A stretch of DNA of 64,000 nucleotides, taken from Chrysomallon squamiferum (lineage: Eukaryota; Animalia; Mollusca). The notes beneath the pieces were generated by a model that saw only the letters and a program-made list of their open reading frames with translations, had not been told where the DNA came from and did no database searches. The translations under genes and the position numbers were made by a program. Positions 26,714 to 41,325 of this stretch are shown here, one piece after another. Where the stretch lies: NCBI GenBank assembly GCA_012295275.1, contig CM022670.1, positions 40,672,001 to 40,736,000 of the forward strand, in the 5' to 3' direction. How positions within the stretch are numbered: position 1 is the stretch's first letter; each line of letters starts with the position of its first letter.

Positions 26714-29700
26714 GTCTGTCTATCTATGTATCTATCTAATATTTATCTATCTAATCTAAGTCTAAAAAATTAATCTATTTATCTATCTATCTATCTATCT
26801 ATTTAGTTTTAACAGAATCTTTATATTATATATATTTATATTTTTATATATATATGAAAAAAGAAGAAAAAAAGCTTATATAAAACAGATTTGTGATATA
26901 ATGATGAAAGTGTATAAAAAAAAATTTTAATAATAATAATATTATTGTTTTTAATAAATGTGTCATTTTTTTTTTTTTTTTATCATTTCTTTGTAATCTG
27001 AGTAAAAAAAAAATAAAAAAATAAAAAATAAAAAATAAAATAAATAAATGAGATTAAAAAAATAAAGTAATAAAAAATTTGTAATAAAATGAGATTAAAA
27101 AAAATGGATATTTTAAGAAATATGTTAGCTAGTGTAACATTTTAAGAAATTGAAGAAATTTTTTATTTTTTGTTTTTAATTTCTCAGAAAGCGTGGGCAG
27201 ATGTTGATGTGAAGTTACCCAAGTGTGACGGCATGCCTGTTGTCTCGCATGTCACATGGGGCAGTGTCATAGAGAAATCCCATGTCAAAGGTCACGTGTT
27301 TAACCCCTCAAACAAATGGGCTGGAGAAATCACAAAGATTGCCATGGTAACCTGAAATAAGTGATTACCGTAATTTTTAGAAAAAAAAAACCAGTGTTAA
27401 TTTTCATAATGGAGAAATATTGCATGATGTTTTTTTGTGGGTTGTTTTTTTAGTTTCATGATTTGTAGAGATATTTTTGTATCTAATGACATTTGTTAAA
27501 AACAGTGACTTAGTATGTTGTAATTGAATACAACTGTTGCAGGTTGTGTTCATTATATCAGACTGTGGAAGCTGCAGAAGAAACTGGAATGTCTTTAAAG
27601 ATCTACAAAGGGAGGTAACTTTTATTGGTAAGATGTCTGCTTCAATTCCAAGCAGAGAACTTGACATTCAGTAAAAATATTCACAGTGTATAGATAATGT
27701 AGTAATAACGTTTTAGAATTTTAATACATTATAATTAATACTTTTTCACATGACATCTTTCTGTTAATTTTCAATGTTTTTATAATATTTAATTTTTTTA
27801 TTAGAAAGAGATAGTGCAGTAAAATGAATCAATATCTATATATCAACTGACAAATGTTTGTTACCATTTATCAACTTAACAGTAAACCAAGACCTTTATA
27901 ATCTGTTTTTATTATTCAAGTTTTTCTGAGACCGTGAATGATTCTGTTTCCATGGTAACTAATTTCAGATGGAGGATCACTGTATCTGGCAAACTGTACC
28001 AGTGATCCACAGGTTTGTGAGGATCATGATGTGACTGGATTTCCTACTATTCTAGTGTTCCGAGGTCTTGGCTGGCTCAGCAGTGATCGCTGCGTGTCTG
28101 ATGAAAGCAGACGTCAAAATGACAACTACATTCGTTTGGACTATCATGGAGTCATACAGGTATTCACGTAGTTGAAGGATAACAAATCTACTGGGTTATT
28201 ATCAGACTGAATTCATTTTAAAACAAGGCCTCAGTGCATTATTATTTTAATTTAGAATTATTTGTGTGAATTGTGTTCTTATTTAACTCTGTTTTGTTTT
28301 TCCTAAATTACTAAGCTATGTTATATTATTAAACATATTTAATTTAAAAAAGAGAAATTTAGTGTCAAACCTGTCTTTGATGGCCACTTGAGAGACAAGG
28401 AAAAAATTGTTGTTTTCTAGAGTTAATTGTGATATCAAGTTCAACCATATATCACCATATTTCATTAATATTTAATGAGGATAATTGTTATCTGATAATA
28501 ATCTTCTATTGGATATATTTCATTAACATTTAATGAGAATGATTTGAAAAAAACTTGTATTATGATTGTTTCAGTTTGGAATATATATTTTTTTCTCCAA
28601 ATGTAAACTTTTTACTGAGTTATATTTTCTTAATTTTAGTTCAGAAAAATATCTGCAATTTTATGAAAATGTATTTAAGTGTAAATATTCTGTGTTGTTT
28701 GTTTCACTGCATACTTCAGGTGAAGCCAATAATGGACTGGTTTTCTTCTGCATCTGCACCAGCAGTCACAGACAGAGGATTCGACTCTGCACCTAAACAC
28801 ATGGTCAGTTATCAAACATTACCCTGTACTGAAGTTTCTAGATCATAGAAATTTTAAAAATAATTTAAAAAAAAATAAAAAAAATAATAAACAAACAAAG
28901 ACACACATTTATGTAAGGTAAATGTTTAAGTTCCTTTGAACTTGAATAAAAAGAAAACAGTGAGAATTTTATCAATCTATATTCTGCAGTAACGAAAAAT
29001 GAAGAAGAATCGAAAAACGTGACAAGTATTTGTACAGAATCAGACGGGTAGTATTTTAATTCTCTGTTTCAGGAAGAAGATGCTCGTCTGACTGCTGTGC
29101 TTCTTCCAGACATGTCTGACTATCTTCCCAGGTTCCCCAGACGCAGACGTGAGGAGTATTACAGTTACCAGTGTTTCAGACTCGCCTGTGAAAGGCTGTT
29201 TGGACTGGCTCACTGTTACAGTGTCTACAGTGAAAATGTTCCCCGCTCCGAGTTTGAGAAAGAGGACTTAACAATGGTTGTTATAGAGGTATTGAACAGT
29301 TTAAATTTAATTTAAAAAAATATAGATATCTGAACGAAAATGAGAAAAATAATAATAACTATTGATAGTGATAATACTGATAATAATAATAAAAAGTAGT
29401 AGTAGTGACAATAATAATAATAATTGTAGTTGTAGAAGTAGTAAAAACAACAACAAAAGTAATTAATATAAAAAAAATGTATAATATATATTTTCAGGAA
29501 TGGTTTGACTTAATTAAACATTGCTTATAACCCCACTGACCAACAATCTCATAACGTCAGATATAATGATAGTTTTTCAGATAAAAAATTTAATATTTTC
29601 TAGGTGATTCTAGAAAGACATGAGGAAAGCTTTATCATCATTTTTCAGATAAAAATGTTTTTTCCAGGTGATTCTGGAGAGACATGATGGAAAGCTTGTA

Positions 29701-32591
29701 TCATCAGATGATAGTTTTAGATACAAATGTTTTTTTCTAGGTGATTCTAGAGAGACATGATGGAAAGCTTGTATCATCAGATGATAGTTTTAGATACAAA
29801 TGTTTTTTCCAGGTGATTCTGGAGAGGCGAGATGGAATGCGACTGACGCTGATGTCAGTTGGCAGATCTCTGATGAGTACAATCAGTGAAGAGACAGGAC
29901 CTCATCTAGACAAGTTTCATCAACCACACAGGTAACTAACACTCAATTAGACAAACTCCACCAGTTTTAAGTATTTATAATCTGTCAGTGTTTTATTTAG
30001 AGACATTTCGTGATAAGTTTAATCCTTGAATATAGAACTGAGACATTACTGTTAAATTGTTCTGATTTGGTATTTAATAATCATTAATCTACTGCTTTAA
30101 GAAAAATAAATAAAAAAATGTATTACTTCATTACAGCTAACCATCTGCTCATCCATCCTTCTGTTCATCTGTCCATATGTTCATCCATTTTTCAGTTCAT
30201 CCATCCTTCTGTTCATTCATCCTGCCCATTGATTTTTTATCAGAGCACAGATCCTTTGATCCATTAATCCATTCATCTATCCAGCTTCCATTTGCCTATC
30301 TGTCCATTCTTCCATAATCCATCATTCATACAGAATTTATCCAACTATCTCTCCATCCATCCATAACCATCTGTCCTTTAATCTTGCCATCTGCCCATCT
30401 GTCTATCCAACCACTCATCATTCTTTCTATCATCCACTACGTCTATAAAACTATTGATCCACATGTCTATGCATCCACTGGTCCACCCATCTGTCCGTGC
30501 GTCCAGTGAGAGACTCGAGTGTTTGTTTTACAGGTACAGACTGAGCGCGAGTCAGAAGTGCGAGGAGAGTCACGCAGCGTGCACACAGCTCATCACAGAC
30601 TTCACCCGCGATCACCTCCGTCTGCCCGTCACCCACCTCACTGTCCAGTCATTCCACTCCAGACACAAGTAAATAAACACAGCTACTCTTATACCATATA
30701 ACCATAGAAACAAGTAAATAAACACAGCTACTCTTATATCATATAACCATAGAAACAAGTAAATAAACACAGCTACTCTTATACCATATAACCATAGAAA
30801 CAAGTAAATAAACACAGCTACTCTTATACCATATAACCATAGAAACAAGTAAATAAACACAGACTCTTATATCATATAACCATAGAAACAAGTAAATAAA
30901 TACAGCTACTCTTATATCATATAACCATAGAAACAAGTAAATAAATACAGCTACTCTTATATCATATAACCATAGAAACAAGTAAATAAATACAGCTACT
31001 CTTATATCATATAACCATAGAAACAAGTAAATAAACACAGTTACTCTTATATCATATAACCATAGAAACAAGTAAATAAACACAGCTACTCTTATATCAT
31101 ATAAACCATAGAAACAAGTAAATAAATACAGCTACTCTTATATCATATAACCATAGAAACAAGTAAATAAACACAGTTACTCTTATATCATATAACCATA
31201 GAAACAAGTAAATAAACACAGCTACTCTTATATCATATAACCATAGAAACAAGTAAATAAATACAGCTACTCTTATATCATATAACCATAGAAACAAGTA
31301 AATAAATACAGCTACTCTTATATCATATAACCATAGAAACAAGTAAATAAACACAGTTACTCTTATATCATATAACCATAGAAACAAGTAAATAAATAAA
31401 CAGTTACTGTTATATAACTCCAGACACAAGCAAATAAATAAACATATTTGTTATAATGATATAACAAGTAAATATTATATCTGCATAGTTTATAATTAGT
31501 GTAGTAACAAGTAAATAAACATAATTATTGTTGCATGATTATATCAAATATATATTATATCTACATAGATGTAATTAGTGTAGTGACAAAGAAAATATTC
31601 CATCTAATGAATTACTTCAATATAAAAACAAGTAAATATTAATTGTGGTTAGTTTATGATTCTCTCTCTCGCTGTGTGTGTGTGCGCGCGTGCGTGCTTA
31701 TGTGTTTGTGTCTGTGTGAGACAGACTGAGAAAGATTGAGAGAAAGAGAAACAGTATGCATGTTTATACATACACATACACACTAGAAACAGTTTTTATT
31801 TATTATTATCAATCATTTGGCTAACTGTAAAGAACTGATTCAGAGCATTAGACATCCACATACTCAATCACTAACCAAACACGCTATGTTGTCATTTATA
31901 ACCTTCTCATTTTTACATCAGACTAATCATTTATGTTTCTCTTTTCACAGTCCTTTGCTCACAAACAATCAGCCAGTTTTGATAGCTCTTGTGTACCCAG
32001 ATAACATCACCAGTGATTCTCCATTCTTACATGTAAGTGACGACTGTGATTTCTCTAAGTAAAGGCTAGACGTAATGTTTTGGTAGACATTTGTAAACGT
32101 TTTAACTTTATTCAGAAATAAGTCTGTAAACTTTCAGTTTAATTTTGATAAAAGATTACAATGAAAAATTGTTAAATTTCTTACAGAGAAAAAATCTTTA
32201 ATATATAAATAATAAATATCTGATTAATTTTTATAATCAATTTTTGTTTGAAATATTTTTATATATTTAATACTTAAAGCGGTATTGATATTAGTTCCTT
32301 TATGCTTGACTTAATATTTTGAATCCTTGTTATTTATTTATTAATTTATTATTATTATTCTTTTGTTTTTTTTACTAGAAATATTATTAACTATTAATTT
32401 GTATAGATTTAAATCTAGAAAGAAACATTTGTTGGGTTTTTAAAACTGTTTTTTCTTGATGGAAAATAACTCTTGTAGCTTTATTGAAATTTGGCAAGAG
32501 TTATTGTTACTGGATAATACCCAAATGCAAACCTAGAAAAAATGCAAAGAAATATTTTGAAAGTTAATAAAATATTAATCACATCAAATCA

Positions 32592-32649
<58 letters not shown>

Positions 32650-33238
32650 TATAAAATTTAAAAAATTATAAATTAAGAAAGTACATAAAACACTTTGACT
32701 TATTTGATGATAATAACAGTAATAACAATAAATTAGTGAAAGATAAAAAATAAAAAAAATAAAAATAAATAAAAAAGAAGTAAATATAAATGAAACAAAT
32801 AATAATAAATAAAAATTAATAATAATTAAAAGAAAAACAGCCAGTAATTCAAAATATTTAAGACACAAAGAGTAATATATTTGTTATTTCAGACTCTGAC
32901 TGAGGTAGCTGAACACCTGTACAAGGAGCTGGTGGTTGTCACGGTGAATGTTGAGCTGTATTCTGACTGGGCGTCCAGATTTGTACCAGCAGGCTACCAC
33001 AAAGAAGCTTCAAGTGAGTTGAATATTGTAGTAAAAAAAAACAAAATAATAATAATAATTATAATAACACACACACATACACACACACATTCATGTTCAG
33101 AGATGCACACATATTCATTTTGATATATTCACAAATAATTTTTAATACATAATCAGTGAGGCATATTAAAAACTCTATTTAAAAATATTTTATATATACC
33201 TTGTTAATGATAATATATATTTTAATTTTTAAAATTTT

Positions 33239-33273
<35 letters not shown>

Positions 33274-33677
33274 CTTTTATTTATTTGTTTCTTCACTTTT
33301 AAATCCCATTTAAAATTAAATAAATTATTATTATTTTTTGTTTGATAAGACATCATTAATCAGTATAGGCATCATCTACAAACATACGAATTCAAGGTAC
33401 AGTCAAAATAAAGCAAAAAGCACTGATTTTATTACAATACTGACAAAACTAAACTACAAATGTAACAAAATGTCTTGCAGTGACGTCAGCGACACCAGAG
33501 TTGTACCAGTACCCACGTCTGTGTTTTGTTCAACCCTCCGATCACCTGCACGCGGCGTTCTACCCGCGAAGACAAACACACGAAAAGCACACGTTTTCAA
33601 CACAACGCATTCTCAGATTTGCTTCAGCGTTTCTGAATCGACCGTCAGACTTGTTAGTTCCAACAGAACATTTCTAA
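20989..33677 (+). CDS. Large multi-thioredoxin-fold (PDI/TXNDC-like) protein, probably secretory pathway
   Basis: 22 phase-consistent exons: 20989-21061, 21480-21578, 21885-21976, 22308-22436, 22857-22991, 23267-23331, 23674-23735, 24258-24358, 24814-25003, 25444-25509, 25871-26022, 26425-26565, 27188-27346, 27543-27627, 27969-28159, 28720-28803, 29073-29288, 29813-29931, 30534-30668, 31951-32032, 32893-33013, 33481-33677 (2694 nt, 897 aa). Trx hallmarks: LGVTSFPTV, FLIGFSAFWAPQVK, VVFIISDCGSCRR, ANCTSDPQVCEDHDVTGFPTILVF, DYHG. The first three exons and 26425-26565 are less certain. Confidence 0.8.
26578..26805. repeat. Compound tetranucleotide microsatellite (CTAT/CCAT/CTGT/CCTA)
   Basis: Directly visible. 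Confidence 0.9.
29565..29836 (+). repeat. 64-73 bp tandem repeat (4 copies) spanning a 3' splice site and exon start
   Basis: Repeated TTTTC(T/C)AG|GTGATTCT(A/G)GA(G/A)AG, with candidate exon starts at 29604, 29668, 29741 and 29813. Confidence 0.9.
30661..31440 (+). repeat. 45 bp minisatellite, ~16 copies, starting at a 5' splice site
   Basis: Unit AGAAACAAGTAAATAAA(C/T)ACAGCTACTCTTATA(T/C)CATATAACCAT, near-identical head-to-tail copies. Confidence 0.95.
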
Positions 33678-33696
33678 TACGTTACAGTTGTGTCGT

Positions 33697-33845
33697 TAAT
33701 TTGTACATTTTGTATGTTTTTATTTTATATATTTATCAACGTGTTTATTTTATTAATTTGTACATTTTGTATTTTTGTTTTTTATATTTATCGACGTGTT
33801 TTTGTATTTTTTGTTTATATATTTATCGACGTGTTTATATTATTA
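33697..33845 (+). repeat. Degenerate tandem repeat just after the stop codon of the thioredoxin-fold gene
   Basis: Three copies of TATTTATC(A/G)ACGTGTTT and two of TAATTTGTACATTTTGTA. Confidence 0.7.
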
Positions 33846-34027
33846 GTTTGTGTATTAAAATGTAAGTTAATGTCGTTTAGAAAACAAACGTTTTGTTTTT
33901 GAAAAGTGATACTGAGAAGAAAAGAAGATATTTTATCCAAATTAACATAAAAACTATTATTAAAAATGTTGAGCATAATTATTTTTTGTGCAGCTGTTTG
34001 TAAAGTGTCCTTATATCACACACACAA

Positions 34028-34073
<46 letters not shown>

Positions 34074-35424
34074 CGCGCGCGCGCTAATCTACACATGCAA
34101 ATTAATCCTCGAATTCTGGACACAAACTTTATCTTTTTCTTAATTGTTTGCTTCGTATTTTATGTAATTGCATTTTGTGATAACGCATTTGTATTTGTGT
34201 TAAATTTTGAGATTTTTTATTTATATAAAACTTTACATTTGGGAGCAGGTTCTCTCTAACATATCTGAAAATTGATTCATCTTTGTAGCAATTCATATTT
34301 GTAACAGTTCATCTTAACAATTAATTCATCTCTGTATCAAATATTACTACTATGCTATTATTATTATTATTACTACTACTACTACTATTATTCTATTATA
34401 TTATTATTTTTATTTGTAACTCACTGGTGTTTTTCTGCTATTAATGTTCTTATCTGAATTGAAATAATCCATTATTACTGCTTTGATTATTAAAAAAAAA
34501 AAATAATAATAATAATAAAAAATAAAGTTATTATTATTTTTTTCATTCGAATGCTAAAATAAAGTTTTCAAACAATGTTGGACTTGTTAAAGTTTGTTTG
34601 TCAAGGGCAGGTTGTTGACAAGACAATGTTATTTCTCTGTGGATTATTTAAATCTGTTTACTCTGTCATTTGCTCGATGAAGGCTGCTGAGCATCTTTAC
34701 AAAAAAATTATTAAAATATTAAAGAAAAAAAATGCGTATTAGTGGAATAAAGCTATTTGTAAAAATTATTTTAAAACATGAAATGAAAATATAATAAGAA
34801 TAAAATAAAACAGATTTTAAAAAATAAAAAAATGAAAAATAAATTAAGGAATAAAATTAAAAATGATATAGAATAAAGTTAATATAAATACAGTTAAAAT
34901 GATCTGTCCTGAAGGACTTGTTTGTTAAAAATCTTCCTTAATACCTGTACTTTTCTGTCTATAAAAAGACGTATGTATGTATGCATGTGTGTGTGTGTGT
35001 ATGTGTGTATGTATGTATGTATGTATGTATGTATATGTGTGTATGTGTGTATGTGTGTATGTATATATATTACATATCAAAAGAGAATGTCACTAAGGAG
35101 ATTCGATCCAGTTAATATTCAGACATCAGGTTTTTTTCTAAACACTGAACTATCAGGTGTAAGATGCAAAATAAGTTTTGAAAGATTTATTTCAAAACGG
35201 TATTATTCTAACTTGTGTTTGTTATTTTGTTTATATTCTGTCAAACAGTCTCGACTGTGGTCTTAATGAACGTGAAACTGTAGAATTAACTTAGAGAAAA
35301 TATAAAACTTTGGAATATGTAAAATTCATTTTAAAATAGTTTTATGTGCCTCATATCATAAATCGTAAACAAAATTGTGCGGCCGTCAAAAAATGTAGAC
35401 TGAAACAGACACACAGCCAGACGT

Positions 35425-35535
<111 letters not shown>

Positions 35536-37471
35536 GCCTATCTCTAACTATTTTGTAATATATTACATTTGCATTATTATTAAAAATATACTGTTCACTA
35601 GAGAAGTATGTTTGAAATGTTTACACTTTTGAGGAATTATCACATCATTTTTAATATTCAGCTGCACCTGGTAAAGCTGAAGGAATAAATAAAACTACGA
35701 AGTCAGTTAGCCCGGGGACAACACGAATCTGCATCATCGTAAACTTTTAATAACCAGAGACTGTGCTATTTATAAACACTTCATAAATAAAACGTTAAGT
35801 TTAGCATAAAAAAACCCTCATAGACTCGTATTTCCCAATCCAGCCAGTGCGCCAGTCGACGATGTTGTTTCCTCTCTAGTATCCTCTTTATAAAAAAGTA
35901 ATATATTTGTATTTGATTCGTAATAATCATAAACCCGAACAATCTCTGTCTGTCTGTGTGTGCGCGCGTGTGTTTTCATCCAAGCATTTAAGATAGAAAA
36001 GAAAAAAAAAGAACAAGTGAAAAAAAAGAAAGAAGAAAAAGGAAAGAATGAACGAAAAGAGTGAAAGAAAAAAACAAAAAATTCGTTCGTTTCTTCTTTA
36101 TTTTTCTCCTACTTTCTTTTTTCTTCACCTTGTCCTTCTTTCTTTCCTTCGCTTTTAACTTTTTCCTTTTTAATTTTTTCCTTCTCTCAGTCTGACATCC
36201 AGACAGTTACATATCCTAAACAAATACGGTAATTAAAATTATGTTCTGTGTAAAATTTACCTTCGCTCGCGAGACAGAGTGAAATACGTAACATCTCGTG
36301 TAGTGATCAGTTATTTTCACAGCTGTTCGGCCACTCAGACTTGTACGAATTCAGTTAGCTGTAGCAATCGTGTGCTTCCGCTCGTTCGTCTGTTTGTCTG
36401 TCCAGCAGTCTGTCCAGACTTGAGTAATGACCACAGCCACAAACTGGCAGCCATCTTGTGGTGTGCGGTCATCGCTCGTTATACACCGGCGGACATGTTT
36501 CTTTCTTGCCAATTAGTAAATGTCCAAACACTCGACATCAGATCTCGTCTTGCTGAAATTACTTATTTGTTATCTTTTCTTTGTTCACCGAATGAAAGGA
36601 ATGTGTTAAAGCATAGACTAGTGGGGAGATCAGTAACGGTATGAAGAAAGTCTTGTCACCAACATGCTTACTTTGACCATATATATATATATATATATAT
36701 GCAATGTTCTAAGGATATTTTTTTTTTTTTTTTTTTTTTAAGGGAGAATTTAAAAAAATTATTAAATAAATTAAAATATATAATATATATTTAAAAAAAA
36801 TAATCATTGACCCACGCTTCATGTTCGATGAACTCCATATATTCTTAAAAGAGTTTGTCGGAAACACGTCATTCTGGAGTAGTCAGACATTTTGTTAGAA
36901 TCACTGGCTTAGAACAGTTTTGTGGAAAATGGAATTTTTAGAAATACGACTTAGAATTCAGTCTCATTTGTTCTGTGATTGGTTATCGATAACATTAGGT
37001 CTCACACCATACTTGTTCATTGTTAAAAAAATACACATTCATCTGTAGAAATAAATAATTGTAAAAATATTGCAAAAACTCTTCTTTATCGGGTCATGTA
37101 ACTGTTTTCACATACTGAAATTTCTAGAAAGATTTATATACAAACGATCTAAGAATTTATTAAAACTGTGCAGTCACCCAAGCTTTTTGTTTCGCTCAAG
37201 TGTATAATAACGTACATAACTTGAATATAGGTTTTTATTTCTAATCTTCATCATCATCATATCATCATCATATCATCATCATCATGAGTATTACAAAGTG
37301 TTGCAGATGTATAAAAATGTAATTATTATCATTATGGTGGATAATGATGTTGACAATGATGACTATAATGATGATGATGGGATGATGATGGTGATGATGA
37401 AGATAATAATAATAAAAACAATAGCAACAACAACAATAATAACAATAATAATTATTATTTTTGTTATTATT

Positions 37472-37512
<41 letters not shown>

Positions 37513-37669
37513 TATATATATATATATATATACACATAGATACATACATATGTATGCATGTATATGTGTATGTGTGTAGGTGTGTGTATGTATGTATGCC
37601 TGTATGTATGTATCTATGTGTGTATATGTAATTATTAGTATTGCTACTACTATTATATTATTATTATTA

Positions 37670-37722
<53 letters not shown>

Positions 37723-38255
37723 AGTGAAAAGTTATTATCTTGTAGCCTGTAGTGTAAACTTTTATCAAGTTACATAATCAACGCTTTTAAAAGTGGCCCG
37801 CTAGGCGTGCTTTACCCAGTAGATTAAAGGATAAAGTTTATTTAGTTTTAACGTAATGGAAGAAAAAACGTATATGTATGTATGTGAGTATGTGTGTGTG
37901 TAAGCACGTATGTAGTAGGTGTGTATTTGTGTATTCGTATATACGTATGTAAGAATACATGTATCCATGCATGACTCTATTCTGTTTTTGTACACAGTAC
38001 ATATACATATGACTGTCAGTACGTAAAGTGTGTGTGTGTGTGTGTGTGTGGGGCTTACATGTGCAAATTTGTGTATGGAAATAATTATTTATTATAATTA
38101 ATTATTCATTCAATTATTTGTACATGAATTTACAATCAAAACTTCTTAAATTAATTTTCTGATGTGAAAGGCAAAGCATATCAAACCAAGTAAAATAAAA
38201 TATTAAATAATTATAAATAATAAATAAATCTATCTGACTTATATTAATATCCTTA

Positions 38256-38325
<70 letters not shown>

Positions 38326-38365
38326 TTATAACAATATTATTAATAATAATAATAATAATAATCAA

Positions 38366-38410
<45 letters not shown>

Positions 38411-39849
38411 TCATAATAATAAGAATCTAAGATACCGTCAGTATTCATTCATATAAAGTGTCAGATATTTATCAAACACGGACATTGTTATTTAACACAA
38501 TTGTTAACGGACACCCGTACAACAACAATAGCCAACAGGAAAATTCATTCTTCAAGTTTACGGAAGAATTGTTTCGTACTCGGTAACCGTGTCACGTGAC
38601 CACAACATGTTATGACATTTTTTTGATGGAACGATTCGGGGAGGTTTTAACTGTCTTCCCAGAAACCAAATTCCGGGCGCGTGTATCCAAATTTAGCTGA
38701 GTATATAAGGCCAGAGAGCTCGTGATAAACTAACATTCTGTCTGCTGTAATCGCCTGATTAACTGACGTAAGTCAGACTAAGCAGTGAAGTCAGTTTGTG
38801 TACAAAAAATCTTACCCGTTTTAATCAGATATGACGTTATGTAACTTACACATGTAAGGCTTAATAATAAACATCTACAGACGTACATGATAGCTACATG
38901 TATGCATACCCACGATTATGCTTATATTCATACATACAAATTTACCTATATATATAAATGGGTATGTACATACATACGTACACACGTAGATGCATAAATA
39001 CACACAGACACACACACAAACATATAATTATATATATAGGCCTATATTATGTGTATGGATACATCCCCCACACTAACATACAAACACACATATATACACA
39101 TACTCAGATACTTATTCATTCTTATATTCAACATACTAACACATACACATACATACATACATACACACATACAAACACACATACATTATATAAAAGCATA
39201 CAGATAGACACACACTCGTACAGACCCATACACACATACATACGCACTATTACACAAATTTTAATAGAGAAACTTTAGTAACAACGCTTTTTCAAATAAT
39301 TAGTCTCTAAATACATATTTAAATTATTTAAAGTTATGCAGTGAACAAACAAATGAAAGACAAGTAAAAAAACCCAAATAAAACAAACACCCACCAAAAC
39401 AAAAATAAAAAAACAACAACAAAAAAAAGCGAAAAAACACCAAAAAAAAACCCCAAACAAAATATCCAAAACCCATAGAAGTAAAAAAAAAAGATTTTTA
39501 AATTTTAAAAAAAATGCAAAACAAATAAACAAAAAAAAAAAAAAAAAAAAAAAAATCGGTGAACGATATAAACAAAATACAAGATTTCCAATCATTTCAT
39601 TCCATTTAATATTTTTTATTTTATTATTATTTTGTTTTTTTTGCCACAAATATGATGTAAGATTCAACATATGGCTGTGATAAACTAGTTTCTATAGATA
39701 CGTATCACAACAAATATCTGGGAATTCCTGAACCCGAGTGTGTAAAGTTATAGCTTTACGTTTAACTCGGCACGCACTACCCTGTGCGTTTTCACCCGTG
39801 TACCAGGCGAACAAACGTAGCAACTTCTACCCGTATACTGTATATACGT

Positions 39850-39897
39850 CGTAGTAGTAGTAGTAGTAGTAGTTGTTACTGTAGTAGATGTAGCAGC

Positions 39898-39935
<38 letters not shown>

Positions 39936-40804
39936 CAACAACAATAATAATAGTAATAATAATAATAACAATAATAATAATAATAATAACAACGACAATA
40001 ACAGTAATAATAATAACAATAATAATAATAATCATAATGATGATGATGATTATTATGATGATGATAATAAAAAATAAATAAAATAATAATAGTAATTATA
40101 GTAACAGTAGACTGTAGTAGCAGCACCAGCAATAGTAATAGTAATGGAGTAATAGTGGTAGTAGTAGTAACCGTAATAGTAATAGCAGCAGTAGACGTGG
40201 TTGTAATCGTAACAGCAGTAGTGATAGTAACGTTAATTTCAATAATAGGCTTAACAGCGGCAGCAGCAACAGAAGATGTAGTAGTAGTAGTTTTTTTAGC
40301 ATCAGTAGTAATAGTAAAACGTTTTTCTCATCACGTAGATGTCGTAGTAGTAGTAGTAGTAGTAGTAGTAATAGTAGTTGTAGTAGTAGCAGCAGTAATA
40401 TGAGAAGTAACATAGTAATAGGCTTGTTATAGTTCTAGAGTTACTTTTTATAGAAAATAGTGATTTAGTAGTAACAGTACTGTAGTGGTAGTAGTAACAG
40501 TAGATGTAGTGGTAGTAGTAACAGTAGATGTAGTGGTAGTAGTAACAGTAGCTGCAGTTGTAGTAGTAACAGTAGCTGTTAGTATAGTTGTCATTAAAGT
40601 ATCAGAATGATTGCAGTAGTAACAGTATTTACTACAGTATTATCAACAACAGTCGCAGTTGTAGAAGTAGTAACAGTTGTATTTATGCGTCTGGTAATAA
40701 CAACATAGTTACAGAAGTAAGTATAAACACACGGTATAGTGTGGTTTTGAGGTAACCTGTATGTCTAAGAGAAAACATAAATAATAGATCAAGTTTTATC
40801 GCGA

Positions 40805-40856
<52 letters not shown>

Positions 40857-40860
40857 GACA

Positions 40861-40952
<92 letters not shown>

Positions 40953-41294
40953 TAATAATAATAATAAAAGAAGAAGAAGAAGAATGCAGAGAGTAAGAAG
41001 AAAACAAATAAAAAATACATACATTTTACTTATATTTTATTTACGCGATTTATAAACGATAGCCAAAGGCAACAGATAATATGTAAAACAAACACTAAAC
41101 AAACTTGAAAAACCCGTTTTCTTCTGAATGTAAACAACATGCAGAGAAATCCCTATCATTATAATTATGTTTGAAATTTTCTTTAAAATACAATTACCCT
41201 GTCTGGTCTGGCTTCATGTTGTTAAATTTGCAATGGGTTACTTTAATTGTGTTAATGTGCGTTGTTGTATGTAGCCTATTTATGTATGTGTATA

Positions 41295-41325
<31 letters not shown>

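Noticed and set aside
28360-28410. Possible Tc1/mariner-type terminal fragment (GTCAAACCTGTC...GGCCACTTGAGAGAC)
   Set aside because: Too short, with no matching opposite end or target-site duplication.
30661-31440. CRISPR-like appearance of the 45 bp array and its minus-strand ORFs (VFIYLFLWLYDIRVA repeats)
   Set aside because: Units are head-to-tail with no unique spacers, no cas genes, inside a eukaryotic intron. The ORFs arise because the unit length is a multiple of 3.
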